Origin: Adineta vaga
Lineage: Eukaryota > Animalia > Rotifera
Length of the DNA: 64,000 bases
Assembly: GCA_021613535.1 (NCBI GenBank)
Contig: CP075492.1
Location: 10,788,001-10,852,000, forward strand
Reading direction: 5' to 3'
Part shown: positions 27,908 to 40,447 of the stretch, in pieces
Position numbering within the stretch: the first letter of the stretch is position 1
Layout of the letters: every line of letters begins with the position of its first letter
Position numbers and translations under genes: made by a program
Notes under the pieces: generated by a model
What the model was told of the DNA's origin: nothing
Databases searched by the model: none
What the model saw: only the letters and a program-made list of their open reading frames with translations

Positions 27908-28028
27908 AACTCTGATTCCGGAACAATCACAAGAAAATCTTTCGCCTTTTACTAAAGATTTCTGTGTTTCGGAATAATTCAATGAGTCTTATAGACAAAT
28001 TTTTTCTCGGCTCGCTTCGTGCGGGCTT
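27908..28028 (+). ncRNA. RNU5: U5 spliceosomal snRNA
   Basis: Invariant loop 1 with its stem AAATCTTTCGCCTTTTACTAAAGATTTC, 5' ACTCTG pairing with GAGT, U-rich Sm-site region and 3' hairpin GCTCGC-TTCGT-GCGGGC. Ends are approximate. Confidence 0.92.
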
Positions 28029-28488
28029 CCAATTAAAATAAATGAAATAATCTTTTTAAACATATCTGATAGAGAAGGTATGTCCTTATCTAACAGAATG
28101 AAAACGTTGACCTGATCTAAGTATAAACAATATTGCATGTTGCATATAACTATTATTAACTTTTGTTACATACCATTCACACAGATAAGATTATCTTTAC
28201 TACATATTAACAACGCCCTCTATCCATACATGATAAAGGGGAAAAAAAGAAGCTGGCACGCTATGAAATCAAAAATATTTTTTAAAATCATGTGTAAAAT
28301 TAGATCATATGTATATATTTGCATATCTTTCGAGACGAAGAAACATATTTAATAGAAAGGAAGAAAAGCACACTACACAAATCCATTCGAAAAGAAAAGA
28401 AACAAATGTCACTGTGTGTTTTTTTTGTGTCAAAAAAATAAGGAGACTAAAGAAAACAAATTAAAATTAAACATTTTTTTGTGAAAAA

Positions 28489-29482
<994 letters not shown>

Positions 29483-30765
29483 GATGTAGAAGTGTTGGGC
29501 TTAGTTATTGTTTTTGATAAATACTAGTGAAAAGTAATAATGATGAATATGATGTGATCTCACAGGTCACACTACAGTTCTTTTTTTTTCTCTTTTGTCG
29601 TCGTCGTCGGCTTCTCTCTCCCTCTCAAGCAATGATTCAATGTTTTTACTTGCTTCTTAGCTATAACGGACACACTGTAAGTAAATATCATACAATAAAA
29701 CAAAAAAAAAGCGAGAAAGAGAAAAAGAATGAAAGCGCAGTTCTTATCGTATTGGCATGTGTATGTATTTACTTCAAATCGAAGCGTCACTATTTGTAAT
29801 ATTGCAATTGAAAAAAAAAATTGTGTCATATATACGGACACACACAACTGCCTCTATTGTTCAACAAAATCGATCATGTTACATTAATGTATGTGCGGTC
29901 AACTCTTTTTTCCCCCTTTTTTTCTTCTTCTTCTTCTTCATCGTCCTCTTCTCTTTTGTTCCCATCGAATCGATCTTTTTTGTCCAGACAGAGAGTAAAC
30001 GAGAGAAAGAAGGAGAAATTCTATATATATATATATATATATATGAATGTATGAGTGGACGACGAGTAATCATGACGTTTTTGCTGTTTATTAGTCGCTT
30101 GGTGTGAGTGTGTATATGGAGATGACTTGCTTCATTGCTCAACAGACTTCGAATATATATATATATATGTATGTATTTATATACATAAAGAGAAAAGATC
30201 ATGATGTAATAATAAATAGTATGTGCATATAACCAGATGTTGCCCATAGACATATGCTAGACGACAACAGCAGGGGGTACTTATTTATAACTGTATCATT
30301 TTTCTCTTTACCGATTTTGACTCAATCATGAACGGAAGAATGACATCGATATCAATGTTTGTTTAGATTGACAATAACAGATATTATTAGTCAATTAATG
30401 AATGTCGTTTTCTATATTGACACTGATAAGTTAGTGAAACTTGTCAATTAATCACTAAGACAAACGGATAAGGCTCATTGAGATCAAGGCTATACTATCT
30501 ATGTGAGAGAATGTTGATATCCTATATTATCTCTACGTAACCTTGATAAGATGAAAAAGGTATTATTCTTTCTCTAATATATCTCTTGAGCAATCTTTCG
30601 ACAAATGATTCTTTTCTATTAATGTAGTTCATTACTATGCTAAATATCTATATCTATAAAGAAATTCTACTGTATAGTTACAATTAATTTGCTTCTTGAT
30701 TATTATAGTCAAAGAAAAAACATCGTAATATACAAACAAGAAATGTTTGACAGTCTTCTTCGTTA

Positions 30766-31939
30766 TCATAAAATTCGTCCATAAATATTCCAAAGACAAA
30801 CAATTAATGAATTGTCATTATTATTCATAACTAAACATGCATGAAGTAATGCATGGAATTGTTGACGAACTGATTCATTATTAACTATTTGTTCTAATGT
30901 TGTATTATCATGTGATGTAATTATTTTTTCTAGAATATTGATAAGAATTGAATTGTATGTTGAGTTATGGTTTACATGTTGAAATAAAGCAAATAATTCA
31001 ATGAGTATTTGTTCAAAAACTAATAAGAAATAAGATGATTGACAGCCTAAAATTGAGAAGAAAAGATTTTAGTAAACAATAGCGTTCGTTTATGATACAA
31101 TGCATAACACTCAAAAATGAACTCTTGATTTAAGTATCGAATAAGTGTTTTTGTTAGTTAAATTTTACCAGTTTTATCGAAAGAGAGAAAGAGATGTGAT
31201 GACAATTGTGCGTGCCATCTGGGAAGTTCTGAAGCAATAGCAAACATTCTTTTGTCAATATTTATAGACATCGGAAATGAAGAATCTGTTCGTGCATTTC
31301 AGACACAAACAATACTTCAATCGTACTGTAATGGATATGTTGAATAAATGAACAATATTGGAATAAATCATTCTTCGCTATATATACCGATTTGTTCAAT
31401 AAGCATTTGGCCATTGTTTGTAATTTTTGATTGTTTTATGCACATCAGAATTGAACTAATCAAATTTCGTATAGTTGAATGGAAGATTTTTGAATATTCG
31501 GCACAATATCATAGTTTATAATAATACCAATCAATTGTTTGAATAGAATTTCATATTTTTCTTCTTTGATTCGTAATAAATTTTCTTTCATTAATTCGAA
31601 TATTCGATCCATCGTTTCAATAATTAATGTTTGTAACTCAATATTAAAATCTGTTGATTGAGTAAACACATTCTGTAAAAAATTTCCATGATGTTCAAGT
31701 AAATCGAATGCATTCTTTGGAATAATCATTGATCGTGAAGATTTTCGAAGTGAACATATATCAACTAAAACTTGTTCGAATTGAATAGCTTCATTGATTT
31801 TATTTCTTCGTAAAGTGTTCTGTAAATGTATTGTAAAATCTCTTGGTGTTAAATGTGATGGTGTTAATCGAATGATAGCCATGGTTAGTGAAAGTTTTTT
31901 ATAGAAATTTTCATTATATAAGAATGTTTGTACATTCAT
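30766..31939 (-). pseudogene. MEI4: MEI4-like meiotic DSB-formation protein, interrupted by an apparent 1-nt frameshift (real null allele or assembly indel)
   Basis: N-terminus KLSLTMAIIRLTPSHLTPRDFTIHL versus remembered human MEI4 KLALALAIIRSKPADKSSREYTEHL; internal HGNFLQ versus HMQFLQ; last exon SYFLLVFEQIL and CLWNIYGRIL versus FYLFWVLEQLL and YLWRVGILL. The frame switches between about 31508 and 31462. Confidence 0.7.
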
Positions 31940-32040
31940 GATATTCTACAAGAATCAATATTCTTGAGATAGAAAAAGAAGAAATTCAAAGAAAACTCTT
32001 TCTCAGTTCAAACGATTTTATTGAAAAATAAAACTGTTTA

Positions 32041-33646
32041 TCACAAAGTGGCATACATTTTCAAATAATGTTTAGCAAACGGAGAATTAGGAACCATTAT
32101 CATAAAACTCGGCATACCAAGTTGAACAACAAATCTATTTAAAAACAAATTTAGAATATACATAAACGTACAAATAATTTTATGAAAATATTTCTACCCT
32201 GGTAATTGAAGCGTTTCCAGAAGTGTTTTATCAGATGGAACAATCTTTAATTGATGCTTATCACGATCTTCATAATAGATCTAGAAGAAGATTTTTTGTA
32301 ATTATTAAGGAGTGATTAAAAAGATCTTACACTCATTTGATCTAACGTATATTTCCCTTCTTCATCCCATGGTGCACGCGATTGAAACATCTCAGCTAAT
32401 TGATCAATAAGTCTAAACACGAAATAAACTTTATCATAGAATATCATTTTCGTTGGACGTTACTTTGTATTCTGATGAAATTCTTTTATATAATCCGTTT
32501 GTCCATATTCTGGATAGAGAAATACAACTGGAAATGTTAGTGTTTGATTTTCTTCATTCAATTGAATACAACTTCCGGCAGGATTCGAACTTATATTGAA
32601 TATATCAAAAGAAGGGTCTTCTTGTAAACGAATATTATGTTTCTAAGAAGAAATCCTCGTGTGAATTTATATACAAATGATTAAGTTCATACCTTGACAG
32701 CGTTCAAAACTTTCTGTTGTTCATTTCGTTGTTTTCGATCTAAACCTTGTTGTTTTCTGTCATCACGTTCTTTTTCTTTCTAAAAAGAATACGAATGAAA
32801 AAACTATTTCGATAAAAAGTCAATATTGAGTTACTTGTAACTTGGCTGCTCGATCACGTATTTCGATTAATTTATCATCATTGTTAGAAAACATTGAAGA
32901 GAAAAAAATTCATGTTAAGGAAAAGAAGAACTAGCAAAATATGTTCCGAATTGAAAAAAAAGAAAGAAACTTAATCAAACAAAAAGGATACTGATAAACC
33001 AGCTGTGCACCAAGATTGAGCTTCTTGATATTTACTTAATTTCATACATGATTCAGCAGCTTTTAAATATGCCTTCAAATGATCAGGTTTACATTTTCTC
33101 GATAGAACACAATCACGTAAAGCCGATCGATGATTACCCAAATAGAAATTTGCTGTGGCACGATTACAGAATAGAACAGCATTGATAGTCGGATCTGGAC
33201 AACGTTGTTTGATACCTTCGGTATACGCAAGAATTGCATTACGATATTTTTTGTATCCGTAATATTTATTGCCTTCTTCTTTGTATTTAGTTGCCTTTTC
33301 TAGAATTTATTTGATCTAAAATAATATTTGTACTTTCGAATTTCATTTCTATACCTAAAGGTGTATCGTCATCATTATCCCAATGCAATGCTTGTAAAGC
33401 TGCTGTTGCTGGGTGAAGTTCTGCACCTTCTTGTGGCATTTCTTTTAAAAAGAAGGGATGTCCTTCGAGATCCTAATATATATATATATAAATATAATAG
33501 AATCAAAACTATCATTTCCTGTTCATTCTTACTTTCCAAAAGGCATCATCCAGTTGACCCGTTGGTAAATTATCTTTGTCTTCGACAAGTTTATCAATGA
33601 ATTCATCAAGTTGTTGATCAAGTTCTTCCGGTGAGGGTGTAGCCAT
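32041..33646 (-). CDS. TTC4: Tetratricopeptide repeat protein 4 (Cns1/Dpit47 Hsp90 co-chaperone)
   Basis: HPFFLKEMP..AALQAL, ATKYKEEGNKYY..YTEGI, VLFCNRATANFYLGNHRSALRD and the wheel-domain motif FPVVFLYPEYGQTDYI. Confidence 0.9.
32892..32991 (-). other. U12-type (minor) intron in TTC4
   Basis: 5' splice site GTATCCTTT at 32991 and branch site TTCCTTAAC at 32922-32914. The 3' end is uncertain (see findings). Confidence 0.8.
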
Positions 33647-34043
33647 CTGGAAAAATGTTTTGATTTTTTTATTTAAGAAAAGAAAATTTTGATATCATGT
33701 TTTTGTTCTCGAACAAATCAATCTTAAGACGATTTTTATTAGTTCTTTTCATTTGTGCGAACATGACAACAGTAAGATATACACAAAGAAAAAAACATAG
33801 GATAAGACGAAGCATGAACAGTAACATACATGTCTAGTCTTCATATCGGGAATGTTTAATATTCGCCTAATCTTCTTTCGATTGATAACAAACAAGACAT
33901 GAATATTTGTTTTTCTCTGAAAAAGTTATCGTTCATTTTGTAGTAGTAAAAGAAGTGAGAAAAAATGAAAAAAGAAAAGAAAAGAATACACATTCTGTGT
34001 TTTTGTACAAAATGATAGAGAATAATTTCTTTTGAGTTAATGT

Positions 34044-35952
34044 TCAAGTGCGAGCCATTTTCGATCGATTGAGATCATCATAAAGCGGTAATAATTCAAT
34101 ATATCGTGTTCCCATGTATTTCTTGTGATATCTACAAAGAAAAGGAGTACTCAAGCAACATTTTTTCTTCAAGCAAAAGAGAAAAATAACATACGTTAAT
34201 GCTTCAGTAGCTTCTTCACGTGAACCAAATTCAGCATACCAAATAGGTGGTTTACCACGAGGAGTATTTTCTTGTTCAAGACGTATAGGTACAACTGGAC
34301 TAAAGAACTGAAAATAATCGAATTTATATAGGAAATATCACCATCATTTTTATCTCTCACTTCGAAAACTTCTTTTTCACCGGCTTCAAATGGCACACCA
34401 CGTATTTTCATTGTAAATGATACTGACATTGGACCTAGAAAAGATTTTTCTATGAAAATATTATTTCCTTTCTAAGCTCTTACGTTTCATTGCACCACCA
34501 CCCATATGATTGTTACTTGAATAATTATTTGACTGGTTGTTTCCACCATAGGAATCGTAGTTATTTGACGATGGATTATCATATTGATTCATATTATTAT
34601 TATATCCATTTCCACTCATATTGCCTCCCAAATTACCATGTCGTTGTGATCCATAGTTTTGATTCGATCTATTGTTTCCACCACTATTATTATCACCAGC
34701 AACAGCAGCAGCAGCACCACCACCACCTCGTTGTCGTGCCATGGATTGAGTGTCGTTCATAATGGAGGCACGAGCTTCAGCATAGGTGGATTTGAATAAT
34801 TCAATATAGCTGTGATAATGATAAGTAAAATATAAAAATAAGTTTAAAAGATAAAAACAGATAGAAATCAAATAGTAATGCAACTTTGGGCATAACAAGC
34901 AATGTCGAAGAAAAAAGATCCATTTTTCGTTCCATTAAATTGATCAGATAGAAAATTAGAGAGCAAAAATTGAAATAAAAATGAAATGCAAGAATAATAT
35001 TAATTCTATCTGATCAATTTAATTGAAAATATCCCCCCAAAACGATCTGTTTTTCTTTTAACTTAAAGGACACCTTCGTCTCGCTCATTTTACCGTACCG
35101 ATGACCGATATTCATGCGGTTGAATTCCATAGCTCGTAGGGCATTGTCCATGTTCGCGAAAGCGACAAAAGCCTCGCCTGCCGGTTTGCTCGAGGAGATG
35201 TGTACGCCATTCTGAGCTATGTCGAGTCCTATAAGGTGAGGTAATCCCAAAAAATAGACAAAAACAACACAAAATAATATAGATTCTAATTTTTTTATCG
35301 ATCCTACAGAGGAATTTTCCCACTGAAAAAAACTCGATCTTCTTCTTTATCCTTAATTCCATGAATATGTACGTACCTCGAAAGAAAGTAGTCACATCTT
35401 CTTTACTGGAATTATATGGTAGACCACGTAGACGTACTACTGGTTCACGCCAATTATCATTATTAGCATTTGGTGAATTTTCATCACTAGTTTGTTCACT
35501 ATTGTTATTTTTAAGTGCTTGATTCATTTCATCCGTAGATGATTCAAAGACTTCAATATAACCTGGAATAAATACAAAAAACTTGTTGTTTAGTGAAAAT
35601 TTTGATTTATTAGAGTGATCTTTAGTAACAGATTTTTTTTCATAGAACAATACATACGACTGCCTATAGTTTTTTGATGGCACATATTTGCATTATCGAC
35701 ATCTTCTTGTGATTCCAATACTACAAAACATTCGCCCGTTGGTCGTGATTGGTCGTTCATTGGAAAAAATGTCTGAAGAACTTTACAACCTAGAAAAATC
35801 AACAGTTTTATAAAAATAGATACATTTAAATGAAATAAAAGACCTTGAAGGAAACTTTGTATATCGCCTTTTAATGTATTCCATGGTAAACCACGAAGAC
35901 GAACTACGAAACCACTATTGTTATTATTATTATTAACAAATGAGCCGTTCAT
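34044..35952 (-). CDS. hnRNP F/H family (glorund/GRSF1-like) protein with three qRRMs
   Basis: Three quasi-RRMs: VVRLRGLPW..RPTGECFV..RYIEVF; VVRLRGLPY..GEAFVAF..GHRYIELF; MKIRGVPF..GTRYIEL. Gly/Asn/Tyr-rich linker before the third. Confidence 0.9.
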
Positions 35953-36236
35953 CGTTCGGTAGAAAAAAAGAGACAGAGAAAAGATTTAGAGATGATCCTA
36001 TTATATTAGTAATAAACTGAACAACGAACGATCATTGTGAACTAGTAACCAATTAGATAATATACACAATATAATGCTGTATCCCTTTAAAAAAAACATA
36101 TCTTTACATCTAACACACTAATGCAAATTAATTTAACCAATAGGAAATTTTCTTCTTCTGTCACACATTGTTAATTGTTCGAGGTAAACTATGGATAAGA
36201 TAGAGAGAGAAAAAACAACATAAAATCAATGGATGC

Positions 36237-37496
36237 ATGATTAGTCGAATTGAAATGGATGGTCAAGATTCAACTTATAATCCAAATCTCCCATCGTCAC
36301 ATTATAGTTCAATGATTCCGCCATTGACAACAGATGTGAAATATAATATGTATGATACAAATACAAACGAAAATAAGCCATTCAATGATATTAATGGAAT
36401 GTTACAACAAATTATGTCTATTGTTGATCAAAGTCTTGATGAAGCTCAATCAAGGTTTGTTTTCAAATATTTGAAATGTACAAATTTAATTTTCTTTTTC
36501 TTTAGAAAACATGCATTCAATCAAAGTCGACTTAAACCTGCCTTTTTTCAAGTATTATGTGAAATCAAAGAAAAAACAGGTATGTCTTTTAGAATTCATA
36601 GGTATATATATATATATATCGTTAAATAATCCGATATTTTTTTAAGCGATTAATATTCGAAATTTTCCGGAAGATGAACCACCAGATGCACAATTAATGC
36701 GTTTAGATAATATGTTATTAGCTGAAGGCATAGCTGGACCAGAAAGATTAGGTAGTTCATCGACATCTTCATCTGCTGCTGGTGCTAATGCAGCTGCAAG
36801 TATAAATGATGAATCAGCACTTGAACATGGAGATTATCGAGCAAAATTATCACAAATTCGACAATTATATCATAGTGAACTTGAAAAATATGAACAAGCA
36901 TGTAATGATTTTACTAGTCATGTTATAAATTTATTACGTGAACAAAGTCGTGCACGTCCTATCTCACCTCGAGAAATTGATCGAATGGTAGCAATCATTC
37001 GAAAGAAATTCTCATCTATTCAATTACAGTTGAAACAAAGTACATGTGAAGCTGTTATGATTCTTCGTTCACGATTTCTTGATGCCAGGTAAGACAAATT
37101 GACTTGAAGAAATATTCTATATCGTTTATTTTTTATTAGACGAAAACGTCGTAACTTTAGTAAGACAGCAACTGAAGTTCTCAATGAATATTTCTATTCA
37201 CATTTATCCAATCCATATCCAAGTGAAGAAGCTAAGGAAGAATTAGCACGTAAATGTGGCATTAGTGTATCACAGGTAATTTAACAACAATAATCTTTTC
37301 ATTATTAAATTGATATGTTTACTAATGAATTCAGGTTAGTAATTGGTTTGGTAATAAACGCATTCGATATAAGAAAAATATTGGTAAAGCTCAAGAAGAA
37401 GCAAATTTATATGCATCAAAATTAGCTAATCAAGCTGCACAAGGCGTTGGTAATATGCGACGAGACAGTGACAGTTCACATCATGGTGAAAGATAA
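36237..37496 (+). CDS. PBX: PBX/extradenticle TALE homeodomain protein
   Basis: PBC-A/B ([38 protein letters not shown]) and homeodomain [39 protein letters not shown]. Confidence 0.95.
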
Positions 37497-38042
37497 TTTT
37501 AGAGAAAATCCTTCATTAGATTCATCTAACTCTATCAACTCGCAATTTTTATTTCTCGAGTCATGAAATAATGATTGTTTTTAAATCTCATATAGTCAAT
37601 CTACATATACAATATGTACTTGTTCTTCTTCTTCTATTCTGTGTGCAATTTTAAATGCGTGTCTTTCTTTTGAATCTCGTCATTTGCTGTATTATAATCT
37701 TACTCATTCGCTTGACATAAACTTATGTATTATGAAAATTTTCGCTTTATATCATTGATCAATATATTCATATTGTTTGCTTTCGCGAATATTTTATGCT
37801 TGATCTCATCGAGTTATCTTTTTACTGTAGTGATTTGTTCTTTGTAGTAGACAATACATTTGTACAGTTTAGTAGTCTGTCTTTTTGTTTCCTTCTTTAC
37901 TGTATGACATTTTCTATGTATGAAAATCAATAAAACATGATCTCTTACCGAATTATAATTTGATTTTTTTCTTTTATTATTTTAATTACAAACGAATAAG
38001 TTAGTATATTTTTGTTCTTTTATCAGATAGAACAACTAATGT

Positions 38043-39050
38043 CTAGACTTTGTTTTTGATACGATCAAGATTTCTTTTATATAATCGAAGATGCGGATGA
38101 TTAGCTGGTAATGATTGTTGTGCGATATGAACAGCATGTTTGTAAAACCAACGTGCTTTCGAATAATCACCCATTTTTTCGTGTAATGATCCGATATTGT
38201 TATGAGAGATACCTAAGTTCGAATGGTTGGAAGGAAGTGATCTCTGAATTTCAAGGACTCTTTCGTAGTAACTAAGTGCTTTCGAATAATCACCCATATG
38301 ACGATATGATATACCAATATTGTTATATGACATACTTAAATCAGGATGATTCACAGGAAGTGATTGTTGTTTAATTTCAAAGCATTTTTCATAATATGAA
38401 ATTGCTTTCAAATATTCACCCATTTTAAGATAGACAACACCAATATTATTGTAAGACATACCTAGATCAGGATGATTTGAAGGAAGTGATCGTTGTTGTA
38501 TTTCAAGAACTTTTTCGTGATATAACAATGCTTTATCATAATTACCCATATGACGATATACGATACCAATGTTGTTGTAGGAACTACATAGTTCGAGACG
38601 ATTCGAAGGAAGAATTTGTTGTTTAATACGAAGAGAGTTTTCAAAATACGATAATGCGTATTCGTATTTGCCTATTTTACCATAGATCATTCCGAGATTA
38701 TTACACGAAGCAGCTAAATTCAGATAATCGGGATAGGCAGTTTCTCGATCGATTTCAAGTGCTTTTTCATAGAATCGAATAGCTTCTTCATATTGACCCT
38801 GATGATCTTTAATTGATCCGAGTTGATGACAAATATCTGCTTGTTCCTTTGGATCATTTGTACCATTCAGTAAGACTTGATACATTCCTTCTCCTCGATC
38901 AAATTGGTCTACTGAACGTACTAAACGATCCAAAACTATCGATTGTTTCATTCCCTCTTCTAGATGTTCTGTAGGTACATGAAGATCTTTGTGTGTATTG
39001 TTGTTGGAAAGTCTTAGATTCACTTGATCAATTCGTTGATTTTCACCCAT
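38043..39050 (-). CDS. Intronless 42-aa TPR-repeat protein (KLC/NPHP3-type repeats), apparently a 5'-truncated member of an ART-TPR family
   Basis: Repeated SLPxNHPDLxMSYNNIGxxYxxMGxYxKALxYYEK units. The N-terminus resembles the linker that follows the ADP-ribosyltransferase domain in rotifer ART-TPR proteins (from memory). Confidence 0.8.
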   Translation of the reverse strand: MGENQRIDQVNLRLSNNNTHKDLHVPTEHLEEGMKQSIVLDRLVRSVDQFDRGEGMYQVLLNGTNDPKEQADICHQLGSIKDHQGQYEEAIRFYEKALEIDRETAYPDYLNLAASCNNLGMIYGKIGKYEYALSYFENSLRIKQQILPSNRLELCSSYNNIGIVYRHMGNYDKALLYHEKVLEIQQRSLPSNHPDLGMSYNNIGVVYLKMGEYLKAISYYEKCFEIKQQSLPVNHPDLSMSYNNIGISYRHMGDYSKALSYYERVLEIQRSLPSNHSNLGISHNNIGSLHEKMGDYSKARWFYKHAVHIAQQSLPANHPHLRLYKRNLDRIKNKV

Positions 39051-39414
39051 ATGTTTTTATATCTCGAATATAAAAAATATGATACATCCTAAATCTATCT
39101 CTATCCGCCGATTATTAGTGAAACTAAGACTATTGGAAAAGTTCAAAATGTATCATTTAAATCATACCATTGTTTTCAAACCTTATCGCAACATTACCTT
39201 TCACTTTTGTATTTTATTTCATCAAACAATTATCAATGAAAGTTGAAAATTCACTTAATAAAACAAACAGAATTCAAATTCTTCTTTCTATTTCAGTGTC
39301 TGACATTTGTTCATAGAGATTAAAATGAAATCATATGAAAAGAAAACTGAGAATAAATGTTTTTATTTTATTATACTACAAGAAAATCTACGTTTTTGAT
39401 ATGAAACGAACAGT

Positions 39415-39930
39415 CTATCGAGTAGTTATAGTTTGTTTAGCTAATATATCTCGAATTTCACATAAAATTTTCACTTGATCATTTGTTTCAATTTGTACTA
39501 ATTCGTCACCTTCTGCATTTTCTTTCTTTCGTGTAGCAAGTTTATGTACTTTATTAATGGCTTTAATGACAAAGAATAATGCAAATGCTATAATTAATAA
39601 AGAGATTATCGTTTGAATAAATTTGCCATAACGAATGACCACAGGTGGTTGTTTTTTATAGACGAAATTCTGCATTTTAATCGTTAAATTAACAAAATCA
39701 ACGCCACCTAAAACTAGACCTAATGGTGGAGTAATAACATCATCGACTAATGATTGAACGACATTAACAAAGGCTGTACCCAAAACGATACCAATAGCTA
39801 GATCTACCACGCTTCCACGAAGTGCAAATCTATTGAAAATAAGAATTTTTGAAATGAACAGATCAATATTAAAAACTTACGCTTTGAATTCTTTACAAAA
39901 ATTTTGACAACAACGACAGCAAGCAGCCAT
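39415..39930 (-). CDS. mscL: Large-conductance mechanosensitive channel MscL, copy 1 (exons 39930-39881 and 39829-39415)
   Basis: [64 protein letters not shown] aligns along its length with E. coli MscL ([39 protein letters not shown]). One 51-nt GT-AG intron. Confidence 0.95.
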
Positions 39931-40447
39931 ATGGAATGAATCTAAAGATTGTATATTCAAGTTTCAGATTTCATTCAATGACTACGTAATGGATGATAAG
40001 GAAAGAAAAATGTATGAACGAATATTTTAAAGGTCAATGTCAACCATTCATCAGTTGAACTAAGATTAATTGAATTATATAACACAAATTCTACTTAGCT
40101 ATTATTCTACTACAATCAACAAATATTTAGGAGATTTTAATTATATTGAATCAAGTCTTACATGCAGCTCAATCCGCTCTTTTATGTTCAATGAATAAAG
40201 AAGAAAAAAAACTACATATATTGATTTCTATCATTGTAATATATGTCCATATATTTTCTTTCTTTCTCTTTCATTCGTTCATTCGTACCATGATCGCCTA
40301 ATGTATCTTAGTTGCATATTACTCTACAAGTGGTCATATAAATACGAAAGGATGGAATAAAGTTCTGATGTAACATCAGTATATAATACAAAATTGATTC
40401 ATTTATTCAGAATAAAAAGAGAATAAATTAAAAAAATGCATTTATGT

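Noticed and set aside
29527-30253. ORFs upstream of Crk
   Set aside because: Built from (TA)n, (CTT)n and poly-A/T tracts; promoter or UTR-like.
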